Assembly (NCBI RefSeq): GCF_006345805.1
Contig: NC_043007.1
Coordinates: 20,460,001 to 20,524,000, forward strand
Length of the DNA stretch: 64,000 bases
From: Octopus sinensis
Taxonomy: Eukaryota
Direction of reading: 5' to 3'
Part shown: positions 50,341-63,431 of the stretch, piece after piece
Layout: the number at the start of each line of letters is the position of its first letter
Position numbering within the stretch: position 1 is the stretch's first letter
Notes under the pieces: generated by a model
The model's input: the letters and a program-made list of their open reading frames with translations, nothing else
Told to the model about the DNA's origin: nothing
Databases searched by the model: none
Program-made: the position numbers and the translations under genes

Positions 50341-53186
50341 TTAAACATGCAATTTTATTTAACAGTAGTCTGAACAGAATGTAGGAGAACTGGACAAATC
50401 AGTTTGCTGTGAGAAGTGTAGAGTCCAAGTTTCAAGCCTTATCAGGGAAAGAGAGAAAATGACATCATCACATGGGCTTTTCTCTGTTCTGGCGCAGGAG
50501 TGGCTGTGTGGTAAGTAGCTTGCTTACCAACCACATGGCCCTGGGTTCAGTCCCACTGTGTGGCACCTTGGGCAAGTGTCTTCTACTATAGCCTCGGGCC
50601 TTCCAAAGCCTTGTGAATGAATTTGGTAGATGGAAACTGGAAGAAGCCTGTCGTGAGTGAGATTGTTGCCAGTGTCGCTTGACTGGCCCTCGTGCCGGTG
50701 GCACATAAAAGCACCCACTACACTCAGAGTGGTTGGCGTTAGGAAGGGCATCCAGCTGTAGAAACTCTGCCAGATCAGATTGGAGCCTGGTGCAACCTTC
50801 TGGTTCACCAGTCCTCAGTCTTATCGTCCAACCCATGCTAGCATGGAAAGCGGACGTTAAACGATGATGATGATGTCTCTCAGAAGAAGAGCAAGGCCTG
50901 AAATATTAAATTCTATGCATATCACAGCAACTGAACTTATTCAACTTTCCTATCAACTATTCTTATCATCATAATTTAACATCCATTTTCCATGCTGGCA
51001 TGGGTTGTAGGGTTTGACTGGGTCTGGTGGGTCGCAGGGTTGCGTCAAACTCCAGTATCAGCTTTGGCATGGTTTCTATAGTTGGGTGCTTTTCTTGTGC
51101 TACTGACATTTTGACTAAGTGAAGGGAAGTATTTGAGAAGGGGAGGTTGCTAAAGATGTTGAGAGCTTAAAATATGATAGAGGGACACATGCAGCTTTTG
51201 TGCTATAGAGAAGATACATGGCTACTCTGCATTATAAAGGGTAGGTGAGAGTAACTGGGAAAAAGATAAGATGGTAGTGGTAGGGTGTTGCCAGAGTGAA
51301 TGCTCAATTCTGTTGACTAATTGTTGCCAATGCAAGCTGTCATTAGTTTCCTTGAAATATATATATATATATAAATATATATATATGTGTGTGTGTGTGT
51401 ATTCTTTTACTCTTTTACTTGTTTCAGTCATTTGACTGTGGCCATGCTTATTCTCTGTAAGCCTAGTACTTATTCCATCGGTCCCTTTTGCCGAACCACT
51501 AAGTTACGGGCACGTAAACACACCAGCATCGGTTGTCAAGCGATGTTGTGGGGGACAAACATATGCACACATACATATATATATACATATATACGACGGG
51601 CTTCTTTCAGTTTCCGTCTACCAAATCCACTCACAAGGCTTTGGTCGGCCTGGGGCAATAGTAGAAGACACTTGCCCAAGGTGCCACGCAGTGGGACTGA
51701 ACCCGGAACCATGTGGTTGGTAAGCAAGCTACTTATCACACAGCCACTCCTATATATAGATGCAGATTAGATTGTAGTTTATTTCATTTTAACTATTCTC
51801 AGTTAAACTTAAATATACAGTTATGGATTTCTTGACTGAATGTTGTACGTTTTGTGATGTCCAGTGGTATAACTAAATTCTTCATCCAAAATTTATGATC
51901 CCATTTCAGTGGCTTCACTTATTCTAATGTCTTTGAGTATAAAGAATTTAGCTTCTATAGTTATTACTACCCTTAACACAAGGCTGGTTTTTCGTGGGCT
52001 TAACTTTATGCTTAATTAATTTCCAGGATTTTAACAAACAAGAGAAAATCCTCTCTCAGGATAGGTTGTTGTCAATACTGAATGAAATTTAGCATTGTAA
52101 GCCAATAATATTTTCCAGTTCAAGTGAATTTTCCCGCTACATTTAAACTAAGTAGACCATTCGTTAAGAGTACCTATTTCTTTACTACCCACAAGGGGCT
52201 ACACACAGAGGGGACAAACAAGGACAGACATAGGTATTAAGTCGACTATATCAAGCCCAGTGCGTAACTGGTACTTAATTTATCGACCCCGAAAGGATGA
52301 AAGGCAAAGTCGACCTCGGCGGAATTTGAACTCAGAACGTAACTGCAGACGAAATACGGCCAAGCATTTCACCCGGCGTGCTAACGTTTCTGCCAGCTCG
52401 CCAAGAGTACCATACAAGCGTGATCGTTGCCAGAGCAACAAGCTGTCCCCCGTGCCGATGTCTTAGCTGTTAGAATTAAGCAGAGTTTGTTGAAATGTTG
52501 GGAGTTATTAAGCCTTCAGCATACCCTGTCTTGAAATTTATTAATTTAGATCGCTCATAACACCAAGATTTCAAGCTAATTGCTAAATTAGAAAAGTCCA
52601 ATGGCCAAATAAAAACTGAAGCAATATGTTAAATTAAGTAGTTGTGTAAATTCTATATTTATTTCTTTGTTAACGGGAAAAATGCTTTCATAATAAATAA
52701 AAAAAATGAAAATTCAAATTATTCTATGACTTTTTATAATCTCGGGCTGTGAATAAGTTTTCCAGCTCTCCGTTTCCCACGAACAGGGAGCATATATTTA
52801 CCTAAGTATGATGCCAGCTTGAAGACTTCTTTGCAAAGTGGGGCCCAAGAAACCCAAACTAGAAAAACGCGAGGTTCTTTGAAATGTGACCTTTTTTTTT
52901 TTCTCTCATTTCTAGGGGAAGTAATTTCATGTTAAGATTTTTTTTTTTGCAATTTGTATGCATGAATAAAAACACTTACTATAAAAAATAAGTGATTTTC
53001 TTTTTGGCATTATAGTAGATAAGAACAACTCTATTGTATTTAACTTGTAGAAATATTCGCTAACTATGGTGTTCCGTCAGTAAATGTTGGTTTCGACGTC
53101 ACAGCTTTTCTGCATTCAATAAAATGTCTGCAGGTTGTATCAGTTTTAAAGGACATCTACTTCGTCTCAATTTATGAACGAGAAAC

Positions 53187-53245
53187 ATGAGAAAACAAGT
53201 TCTTTCTAACCAGTTGCCTTCAATGCCTCCTTCTACCTCATATGG
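53187..53245 (+). CDS. PPME1: Protein phosphatase methylesterase 1, probable first coding exon (MRKQVLSNQLPSMPPSTSY)
   Basis: ATG at 53187 and donor GG|GTAAG at 53245/53246; phase 2 matches exon 2. The LPxxPP segment resembles PME-1 N-termini. Lies in a CpG-richer region. Confidence 0.6.
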
Positions 53246-54131
53246 GTAAGAAAACCTCTTCTTAAAATTTGATCGTTTTCATGCATCCATCATAATAATT
53301 CTTCGATTGCATCGTTCACCCCCACGAACGACTTGGTTTCGTTTTCGAAACATAAATACCACCCCCCTTCGGTTGTTGAAACAGATTAAATATAATTAGG
53401 TTTATAGTTCGTTAGATTTCTAATTAGAAATTAGATATTTAAAATCAAAACAAGGGAAATAGGAGAAGCAATAGCGAAAAGAAAGCATCGTTTTGGAAGC
53501 GTCTACAGAAACCAATATTTTCTTCATTCTTCATCTGCGACACATTTTCTTTATATTTCAAATCATTTTAACATTTTGTTCCGTTACTGAAATGGTTTTT
53601 GGTTTGTGTTTCCAAAATGTAAAAAGCTTCTTATTTTTAGATTAGATTTTCGCAATCTCTGTGAGAGATGATGCGATCGCCGATTCTTCAATTGTTGTTG
53701 CTGGTTTGCAAAAAACCTAAACAAGGCCAAGCTTAATATCGAAATTTCTTAATATTTCTTGCGAAATATTCGTAACAATAAATGGAATTCTTCAAGTTTG
53801 GTTGTCTGAAATAACGAATACCAAAACAATTAAGGTAAAAAGGTAAATCTAATGTCGAATTTATTTTAGTGTTAGCTTTAAGGATCTTGCAAATGGAAAA
53901 GAGCTGCGCTAAATGATTTCAAAATATAATTAAGAAAACAATAATCAATTAATACAATAAAAACACGCAACTTTTAATAAACGTAGAATTATAGCACGAA
54001 TCATCTTCCATACATATTTTGCAAATTTAAAAATCTTTTATTCTGTTTAAACGCCTTAACTGTAAGATGTAAAAATAAAAAATATTCCCATGTAGATAAT
54101 TAGTAGGTGTGTATAAATAATTAGGGCGAAA

Positions 54132-54554
54132 GGATCTTTTCGGTTTGAACGGCAGTTTTTTTTAAATAATTTCCACGTAACTAAACACTTTTAAACTTCG
54201 TATACTGGTAGAATGTGTTTATAAATCATCTTTTTCTCTTGGCTTTATTGAGAAAATTCTATAGTTTGTAAGATATTTGTTGTTGTTTTTTTTCTTCAAT
54301 TTCTGCAATTTCAACCAATCAATGACGTCTATTGAGGTAAAAAAACATTCTGTGCCGTATGAATATGTCCCTCGTTTAAGAAACAGATTGGGTTTATTTA
54401 CATTTGTGAAGAAAAAAAGATACCCTTCCCCCTAACTCTAACCCTAACCCTAAAACATATTGAAATGCAATAGATCGATACTAGTGTCATAATTATGGGT
54501 GACAATTTCATACGACACCGCTAGAAAAAACTGCCGTTCAAACCGAAAAGATCC
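54132..54554. mobile_element. MITE with GGATCTTTTCGGTTTGAACGGCAG TIRs
   Basis: Perfect terminal inverted repeats; flanks GGGCGAAA/AGACGAAA (6/8) suggest an 8-bp TSD. Confidence 0.8.
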
Positions 54555-54831
54555 AGACGAAAAACCTATTTAGATAATGTTGTTTTTCGTTCCTTGAATA
54601 CATGTTTATCAGTCATTGAGCACACATTATAAAACTACTCTGGAAAATGTGGAGCTCTTAATTGTTGCTGTTATTGGAAGTATTTTGATGGCACAAATGA
54701 TAAGGGGCTGAGCGATATACAGTATTTATACTCAGTTCTGTCCCTCTGCGTTGTGAGTTCAAAACCTGTGGGATTTTTATACACTCGAAAGTGTACTGGG
54801 GTTGAATTGCTTAACAAACCCTTCGAAGTTG

Positions 54832-55095
54832 GGTACTACATGAGAACAGTAGTCCCAGTGCGCGTACTCGCGTAGTCGGGCATCCGCGCTAGCTAGTCGT
54901 GACTAGTCGATCCTACAACGACTACCTAGCAAAGTAAACAAAACACAAAATAAATAATTTTTTTTACACAATGTAAATAATTTTTTAAACAAAGTAAATA
55001 AAACACAAAGTAAGGATCGACTAGTCATGACTAGCTAGTGCGGATGCGCGACTTCGCGAGTGCGTGCACCGGGACCACTGTTCTCATGTAGTACC
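54832..55095. mobile_element. CpG-rich MITE with ~83-bp TIRs starting GGTACTAC and 8-bp TSD
   Basis: TIRs at 54832-54914 and 55013-55095; TSD CGAAGTTG/CAAAGTTG. A partial copy lies at about 37630-37675. Confidence 0.8.
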
Positions 55096-58000
55096 CAAAG
55101 TTGTACCCCAACTTGGCCGCTGTCCAATGACTGAAACAAGTAACATCATCATCATTTAACGTCCGTTGTCCATGCTGGCATGGGTTGGACGGTTTGACTG
55201 GGTTGGCACGCTGGAGGCTGCACCAGGATCCAGTCTGATTTGGCATGGTTTTCTACAGCTGGATGCCCTTCCTAGCGCCAACCACTCCGAGAGTGTAGTG
55301 GGTGCTTTTCATCATCATCATCGTTTAGCGTCCGTTTTCTATGTTAGCATGGGTTGGATGGTTCAACTAGGGTCTGGGAAGCCAGAAGGCTGCACCAGGC
55401 CCAGTCTGATCTGGCAATGTTTCTACGGCTGGATGCCCTTCCTAACGCCAACCACTCCGTGAGAGTAGTGGGTGCTTTTTATGTGTCACCGGCACAGATG
55501 CCAGACGAGGCTGGCAAATGGCCACGATCGGATGGTCCTTTTTACGTGCCACCGGCATAGGGGCCAGGTGAGGCTGGCAACGGCCATGAACGGATGGTGC
55601 TTTTTACGTGCCCTTTTTATGGTAAAAATTTACCCTTTTGCATGTCACTGGCACGGTGGATGCCATTTGGATGACACCAGTATCTGCCACAACTGCGATT
55701 TTACTCGGCTTGATGGGTCTTCGCAAGCACAACATAATGCCAAAGGTCTTGGTCATTCCCTCCCTGCAGCCCAACACTTGAAATGAGCTCGGCCATTTTG
55801 CTCCCATGAGGCCCAATGCTGAAAAGGAACTCAGCCACCTCGCCTCCGTGAGGCCCTTTAGGAGTAAATAAACAACTATTCATTTGTGTTAGTGCAGCTA
55901 TTACTTACATCGCAACCCACAAGCCAGCAAAGGGAGCTTTGTTCTATGTGGTTGTTTTATCTGCTAGAAGTAGGCGAGCTGGCAGAAACGTTAGCACACC
56001 GGGCGAAATGCTTTGCGGTATTTCGTCTGCCGTTACGTTGTGAGTTCAAATTCCGCCGAGGTCGACTTTGCCTTTCATCCTTTCGGGGTCGATAAATTAA
56101 GTACCAGTTAAGCACTGGGGTCGATATAATCGACTTAATACCTATGTCTGTCCATGTTTGTCTCCTCTATGTTTAGCCCCTTGTGGGTAATAAAGAAATA
56201 GGTATTTCGTCTGCCGCTGCGATCTGAGTTCAAATTCTGCCGAGGTCGACTTTGCCTTTCATCCTTTCGGGGTCAATAAATTAAGTACCAGTTACGCACT
56301 GGGGTCGATATAATCGACTTAATCCATTTGTCTGTCCTTGTTTGTCCCCTCTGTGTTTAGCCCCTTGTGGGTAGTAAAGAAATATATCTGCTAGAAGTAT
56401 TAACCAGATTTCCCTCAGGCCACATCTTAAAGAAAGGAAGGACACATTGAATAATGCAGTCCGAGATACACTACTCCTGAAAACAAGATTGGCATGGTTA
56501 TGGCTAGAAAGTCTTTGATCTTAGCTATATTCAATCAAGGCTGACCTAGGGTTAAAGATCAGCGGTTATAGTAGTAGTAGTAGTATCTTTTTATTCTTTT
56601 CTACTATTTTAATGCTATGGTTAATAATCAACACCTAAAAAGAGAAGCATTCCCCCAAACTATCAGAATAATATCTTTTATCTGCCACTTTTGTAGGTTC
56701 TCTGAGATCAGTGAGAGTGATTTAGTTAGTTTTTGTCACGACTTGTTATGAGTTGATAGCTCCAGGAAAACTTTGGGCAGGGAGGGAATTTTAGGCGTCT
56801 GATATTCTACAGAGTAAGGATAGGGCATATTGGTTAGTGTATGACCTGGGTGGAGAGTGGCCACAATATGAAGGCGGCGAGCTGGCAGAAACGTTAGCGC
56901 GCCGGACGAAATGCTTAGCGGTATTTCGTCTGTCGTTACGTTCTGAGTTCAAATTCCGCCAAGGTCGACTTTGCCTTTCATCCTTTCGCGGTCGATAAAT
57001 AAAGTACCAGTTTCGTACTGGGGTCGATGTAATCGACTTAATCCCTTTGTCTGCCCTTGTTTGTCCACTCTATGTTTAGCCCCTTGTGGTTAGTAAATAA
57101 ATAAATATGGGTAAGGAGAGAAGGAGAGACAAGTTAGTTGAGAGTATGTTAGTGACGGTTGCTGTAATAAAGGTAGAAAAAAGCAGAAAAAGAAAATATA
57201 TTTTCTCTTGTTCAGTTCCTTTTTCTATATCATATATTTCCTTCTTTCTATTAAAGTTGTATGAGAATAATTATCTTCAGTATTAATCTTAAATTCCCCC
57301 ATCAGCTACATTTACCAAGTTGTTTTGAAGAAAAGTAATATGGGCAACAAGTCTTGATTCTGTTTAGCCTTTAGTGAGCTAATGGCATTTATAATTACTG
57401 TATTGCTATATACCTAGGTCACACACATGACTTGACACGTGTTCAAGTATTTACTGTTGCTGCAGGTAACTTTGAGAACAATGTGTTATTGTTGGCAGAT
57501 GGTGAACAAATTTTCTAATGCCACTTTATATGGAATGCTTCCAGAACTCTTCCCCAAATTGTAGTAACTAATAATTAATCTGATTCTATGATAATATCTG
57601 TTAGAACATTGAAAGAGGTAGTCATGTTATGCCTTTTGTGTTCTTTTTTCTAACATTTCATTCTCATGTAGCTGAGACTGTCAAGATTAAAAAATTAACT
57701 GAATATTTTGAGTCTCTGTATAAGTTCGAAATGGGGTCTTCCTAGGGCTCTAATTTATGGTCCATATTATTTGTTCTTCATATTGTTTGATCTGCATACT
57801 CCTTGAATTCTGTGTGGTATACAGTATTCATCATCATCATCATATAACGTCTGTTTTCCATGCTAGCATGGGTCGGATGGTTCGACCGGGGTCTGGGAAG
57901 CTAGGAGGCTGCAACCAGGCTCCAGTCTGATCTGGCAGTGTTTCTACAGCTGGATGCCCTTCCTAACGCCAACCACTCCGTGAGTGTAGTGGGTGCTTTT

Positions 58001-60334
58001 TACGTGCCAAGGTGGGCTGGCAACGGCCACAATTGGTTGGTGCTTTTTACGTGCCCAAGTAATAAATAGAATAAATAGTAATGTAAGTTTTTGGAAGCTG
58101 CTACCTTACCAGAAAAGTAGATAAAAGAATAATTTGAAGATGAGCACTTCAGAAGTATTTAATGTAGAGGATTTGACCATTGCAAAAGCAACCAAAAATT
58201 AGAGATATATCTGGATTAAATGCTGTACAATCTGTAAAGTGGTTGATGTTAGGGAGGGCATCTAGCGGTAGAAACCATGCCAAAGTAGACATTAGAGCTT
58301 TGTACAGTCCTTTAGCTCATTCGCTCCTGTCAAACTGTCCAGCCCATGCCAGCATGGAAAATGGACTTTAACCCTTTCGATACCAACCTGGCCGAAACCT
58401 GCTCTGGCTCTGTAGTAAAAATGTCTGGTTTTCATAAGTTTTGAATTAAAATCTTCCACCAAATCTTAGTCACAATTTATGTTCCTAACACTAGCTGAAT
58501 GATAACTAAGTTATTTTACTAAATTCTTTGTTATATCTAAAATTCATCATCATCATTGTTTAACGTCCGCTTTCCATGCTAGCATGGGTTGGACTATTTT
58601 GACTGAGGGCTGGCGAACCAGATGGCTGCACCAGGCTTCAGTCTTGATCTGGTAGAGTTTCTACAGCTGGATGCCCTTCCTAACGCCAACCACTCTGAGA
58701 GTGTAGTGGGTGCTTTTACGTGCCACCAGCACAGGGGCCAGTCAGGCGGTACAGGTAATGACCTCGCTCGAATCTTTTACACATGCCACCAGCACAGGTG
58801 CCTGTAAGGTGATGCACGTAAGGTAACGTAAGGTGATGCTGCCTGTAAGGTGATGCACGGAGGCCAGATAGCCGCTCTGGCAACGATCACGCTCGGATGG
58901 TGCTCTTGATACCCTACTAGCATGGGGCTTGAGTGCCAGTAAGGTGACGCTGGTAACGATCACACTTGAAAGGTGCCTTTTTAGTGCCTTACATCTAAAA
59001 TTAATTTTTAAAAAACCCAGCATCTCTAAAGAAATGCAGTAACGAAAGGGTTAAATAGTGATGATGATTTTTTTTATCATTATAAAAAGACAAAGGTAAT
59101 GCATAGTCGCTGATAATATTCCTGCAGGAATGATTAAAAGAAAATGTGGAAATTTAAACTATGAAAAAGTTAACAGGATTGGAGAAAAAGCAAGAGGTAA
59201 AATGATGGATTGGATAGTGTGGGCCTCATATGTGTTGTTTCAGTTGTACGGTCTCTGAAGTAATACAGCTACCTCTAAGCATGAAACATTTACCAATGAC
59301 CCAAGAGAAGATAGTTTATTAATTTATTCTTACCTTTCTGTGTGCAGAAAGTTAAAAGAAAATCTTTGAAGTGGTGAATATTTTTAGTTGTCACCAAGAT
59401 CTTTCTTTTCGCATAAACTAATGTTATTTGCACTAGAATGTACAAACAATTTACAAAACCTCTGGGTTCACACGGCTCACCAGAACAAGAGATTATAATC
59501 ATGATAATTCAAGACGTTAACCATGGAAATTGAATATGATTACTCAGGAATTTTAACAGTCTTCTGTCAAAATGAACCATAGTGTGTGAAAAGAATAGGA
59601 AGATAATTCAGCTGGCTTGAGACTTTCTAGAAGACCCTTTACCTCTGTGTGGATCTTTTATCTTTTACTTGTTTCAGTCATTGGATTGTGGCCATACTGT
59701 GGCAATGCTTTGAAAGCTTTAGTTGAACACATCAGCCCTAGTACTTATTATTAAATCCATTACTTATTCTATCAATGTCTTTTAGTGAACTACTAAGTTA
59801 TGGGGATGTAAACAAACCAATACTGGTTGTTAAGCAGTAATAGAAATAAAAACACACACATACACACACACACACATGCTATTCACTTCCACTCAGTCTC
59901 CATCTCCCGAATTCACTTACAAGACATTGGTCAGCCCAGGGTTATACTAGAAGACACCCAAAGTACCATGCAGTGGGATTGAACCTGAAACCATGTGGTT
60001 GAAAAGTGAGCTCCTTCCCTCCATGAGAACATAGTTTTAAGGTAACATGGTTCATGTGTAGCTTTGGTAAATTACAAAGAAATGGCCAAACTCCTTTCAA
60101 TTAGTAAATTTTAAACCTCACAATGGAAGTGATTAAGTAAATATTGTGTGTATTGTATATTTTCTTGTAGTCATATGATGATGATAATGTCTTTTTTTTC
60201 TCTCATCTAGATTAAACTTTGATTTTCAGTAGACCCCATTTTATAGATTAAAAGTCTCATGAAATAATTCTTATGTTTTTCTGATGTTTTTAAATTAAGT
60301 TTGTAAGATAATTTTTCTTGGTTGCTTATTTCAG

Positions 60335-60437
60335 GAGTAATAACCGTCGAGGTAACCTGTCAAGACAGCGGGACTACACCCCTTCTACATGGGACAAATA
60401 TTATCATAAAAAGCATGATATAGAAGTTGGAAAAAAT
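60335..60437 (+). CDS. PPME1: Protein phosphatase methylesterase 1, exon 2 (SNNRRGNLSRQRDYTPSTWDKYYHKKHDIEVGKN)
   Basis: TTATTTCAG acceptor. RDY.P..W..Y parallels human RKRDFSPVPWSQYF as recalled. Confidence 0.88.
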
Positions 60438-62291
60438 GTATCCTTTTCATGAATTCATGAACATTTTGAAATTCAGTGTTGCCCCAAGAATTTGTTATTG
60501 CTGTGAACAACCGTCTCACTTGTTCTACAATTGTATATCTTTGGTGAGGTTATTGTAAGAAGAGTAAGAGAGAGTAGATAAGATCTGTATTGACCAGACT
60601 GTAGGATGTTGTTATATGCTGCTGGTTGCAATGTGATCACGTGACCGACAGGGCTATCAGATGTTGTTACACATCGCTGGTCACAATGCGCTTCGCATTG
60701 TTTTAGCCTTCGAATGACGCCACCCCGCTGGCTAAGCGAGCAGGCCAACAGAAGAAAGAGTGAGAGAAAGTTGTGGTGAAAGAGTACAGCAGGGATCGCC
60801 ACCACCCCCTGCCGGAGCCTTGTGGAGCTTTAGGTGTTTTCGCTCAATAAACACTCACAACGCTTGGTCTGGGAATCGAAACCGCGATCCTACAACCACG
60901 AGTCCGCTGCCCTAACCACTGGGCCATTGTGCCTCCATGGTTGCAACGTGCTTCCAATCATTTCTTGATTGCACCTTTTTTTTTCATCTTGGCTCAAGTC
61001 ATTTAACTAAACAATCTTCCCATGGCATTGGAGGCCTTCCATGTGGCCTTTTCCATTCTCTTTGGCTGCCAGTCAGCAACGGCATAAGTTTATCTGCTAT
61101 CTGTGAAGTTATGGCGTGTCTAACCTACTTGAATCTGTGCCTTCATCATCATCATCGTCGTTTAACGTCCGCTTTCCATGCTAGCATGGGTTGGATGATT
61201 TGACTGAGGTCTGGCGAACCAGATGGCTGCACCAGGCTTCAATCTTGATCTGGCAGTATTTCTACAGCTGGATGCCCTTCCTAACGCCAACCACTCCGAG
61301 AGTGTAGTGGGTGCTTTTACGTGCCACCGGCACGGGGGGGGCCAGTCAGGCGGTACTGGCAACAACCTCGCTCAAATCTTTGTACACATGCCACCAGCAC
61401 AGGTGCCAATCACCTTTTTTGTCAGAAACAGTTGCCTAGCATTGTTAAATAAAAACATCCAATCTGCTTCATTCCATTTATCTGATGAGATTTATTGAAC
61501 CTTGATTAATAAACTAAGCCTTATATTGATTATTTGTTTACATACATTCATACCTATACGATTTAAAAACTCCTAAATGATGAAAAGGCATTAGAAATCT
61601 GTGGAAAAAAACTCCTATTAAAGGACGAATATATATATACACACACACACATATATATATATATATCATATATGTACATATATATACATATATACTCCTT
61701 TTTGGAGTAGATTCATCTTGTTCATGTCACTAGTGATTGAGCCAACACTAGTGTTCAAGTGCACTACAACTCAGAAGAAGAAAAAGCAGCCAAAAGAGCT
61801 TGAACAGTACGTAGAATAATGCATAAAAATTGAACACTGGCTGAGTCATTTAAAAAATAAGACGGGGGGCATCAGGTGTACTGTTTGTGAATTTCAGGAA
61901 ACCTGGAAGTTTTGAAGGATGTAGTGTCCTGACAGTTGACAACCGGTGTAGGTAATTTATTCCATGCTTGATCAATTCTGTTGTGTTTAAGTGAAATATT
62001 TAACCCTTTAGCATTTAAACCGGCCATATCCAGCCCAAATTTTCTACTGCTTTTATGTTCAAACCATCCAGATCTGGCTTCTCACACAAGCCCTACCATA
62101 TCATTCTAAAAATGAATAGTTACTTCATCAAATTCTCAGAACTACAAGATAATGCAGGATTAATTCAAAACAATGTGAATGAAAAAGCATTATATTTGAC
62201 AGAGTAATCTGAACACTAAAGGGTTAAAGAATTATGTTTTTCTTTTTTAGCAACTTATTTCAAATGTCAAATTTTCCCTTAACTTGATCAG
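60438..62291 (+). other. U12-type (minor spliceosome) GT-AG intron 2 of PPME1
   Basis: 5' splice site GTATCCTTTT at 60438. Branch site TTCCCTTAAC at 62274-62283 followed 8 nt later by the end of the intron (TTGATCAG), with no polypyrimidine tract. Confidence 0.85.
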
Positions 62292-62384
62292 ACATTCCGG
62301 GTATATGAATGCGGAAAAGAAGGACCAGTTTTGTTTCTTCTTCATGGAGGAGGGTATTCTGGATTATCTTGGGCTCTCTTGTCT
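62292..62384 (+). CDS. PPME1: Protein phosphatase methylesterase 1, exon 3 (TFRVYECGKEGPVLFLLHGGGYSGLSWALLS)
   Basis: Matches human TFRVYKSGSEGPVLLLLHGGGHSALSWA (alpha/beta hydrolase HGGG motif); donor GTAAGT at 62385. The gene continues beyond the window. Confidence 0.95.
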
Positions 62385-63290
62385 GTAAGTACTCAGCACA
62401 ATTATTTCTCTAATTTACAATATTGGTTTCAAAATTTGGCCAGCAACTTCAGGGAAGGGGATAAGTCAATAACATCAACCCCAGTATTCAACTGGTATGT
62501 ATTTCAGTTCTGTATTTAAGAGATGATTAATTATGTGCATTATTTACATTTGACGGATATTTGTCGTCATCTCGTTTGTTGTTAACACAATGTCTCAGCT
62601 GATATACCCGCCAACCTCCACTAACTACTACACCATATGCTCATGGGCATATGGCAAAGTGATTAAGAGCATAGGCTACTAAACCCAAGATTCCAAGTTC
62701 AGTTCCAGGCTGTGACCTGAATACGAGACCTTTGGAAATACGTTGTGCTTATGAAGACCCGGCAAGCCAAGTGAGACCATAACCTCATGGCCTATGTCAG
62801 GGGTGTAACCAACCGACTTATGCATACTTTTCCTTCATTGGACACTAAACTCTGCTTGCGAAGACCTGTTGAGGCAGGTGAAATCAAAATCGAAATCAAA
62901 TTCGATGACTGGCATCCATGCTAGTGAAGAGCACCATCCAAGTGTGATCGTTACCAGCGTTACCTTACTGGCACTTGTGCCGGTGGCACATGAAAAAGCA
63001 TTCGAGCGAGGTCGTTGCCAGTGCCGCTGGACTGGCTCCTGTGCAGGTGGCACGTAAAAAACACCATTTGAGCATGGCCATTACCAGTACTGCCTGACTG
63101 GGCCTTTTGCTGGTGGCGCATAAAAGCACCCACTACACTCTCAGAGTGGTTGGCATTAGAAAGGACATCCAGCTGTAGAAACACTCCTAGATCAGATTGG
63201 AGCCTGGTGCAGCCATCTGGTTCGCCAGTCCTCAGTCAAATCATCCAACCCATGCTAGCATGGAAAGCGGATGTTAAACGATGAATAATG

Positions 63291-63325
<35 letters not shown>

Positions 63326-63385
63326 AACAACAACAAGAATAAAAAATATCTTAGGAATGAGAACCCAGGTTTGAAATTTCCCCAA

Positions 63386-63431
63386 GACACCTGATGAAGG
63401 CTGGAGAGTATATCAGCCGAAACATTGTGTT
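63386..63431 (+). ncRNA. Minimal type I hammerhead-like motif in a Penelope-type terminal repeat (63351-63480)
   Basis: GACAC-CTGATGA-A-GGCTG-(10 nt)-CAGCC-GAAAC-ATT-GTGTT. Siblings at 38689-38736 (with GAAACGTT) and 62520-62617 (minus strand). Confidence 0.6.

Noticed and set aside
9733-62384. Idea that the five genes form a functional cluster or conserved synteny block
   Set aside because: The functions are unrelated housekeeping roles and the human orthologs, as recalled, are not adjacent; only the MTLN-ASRGL1 link has sequence-level support.
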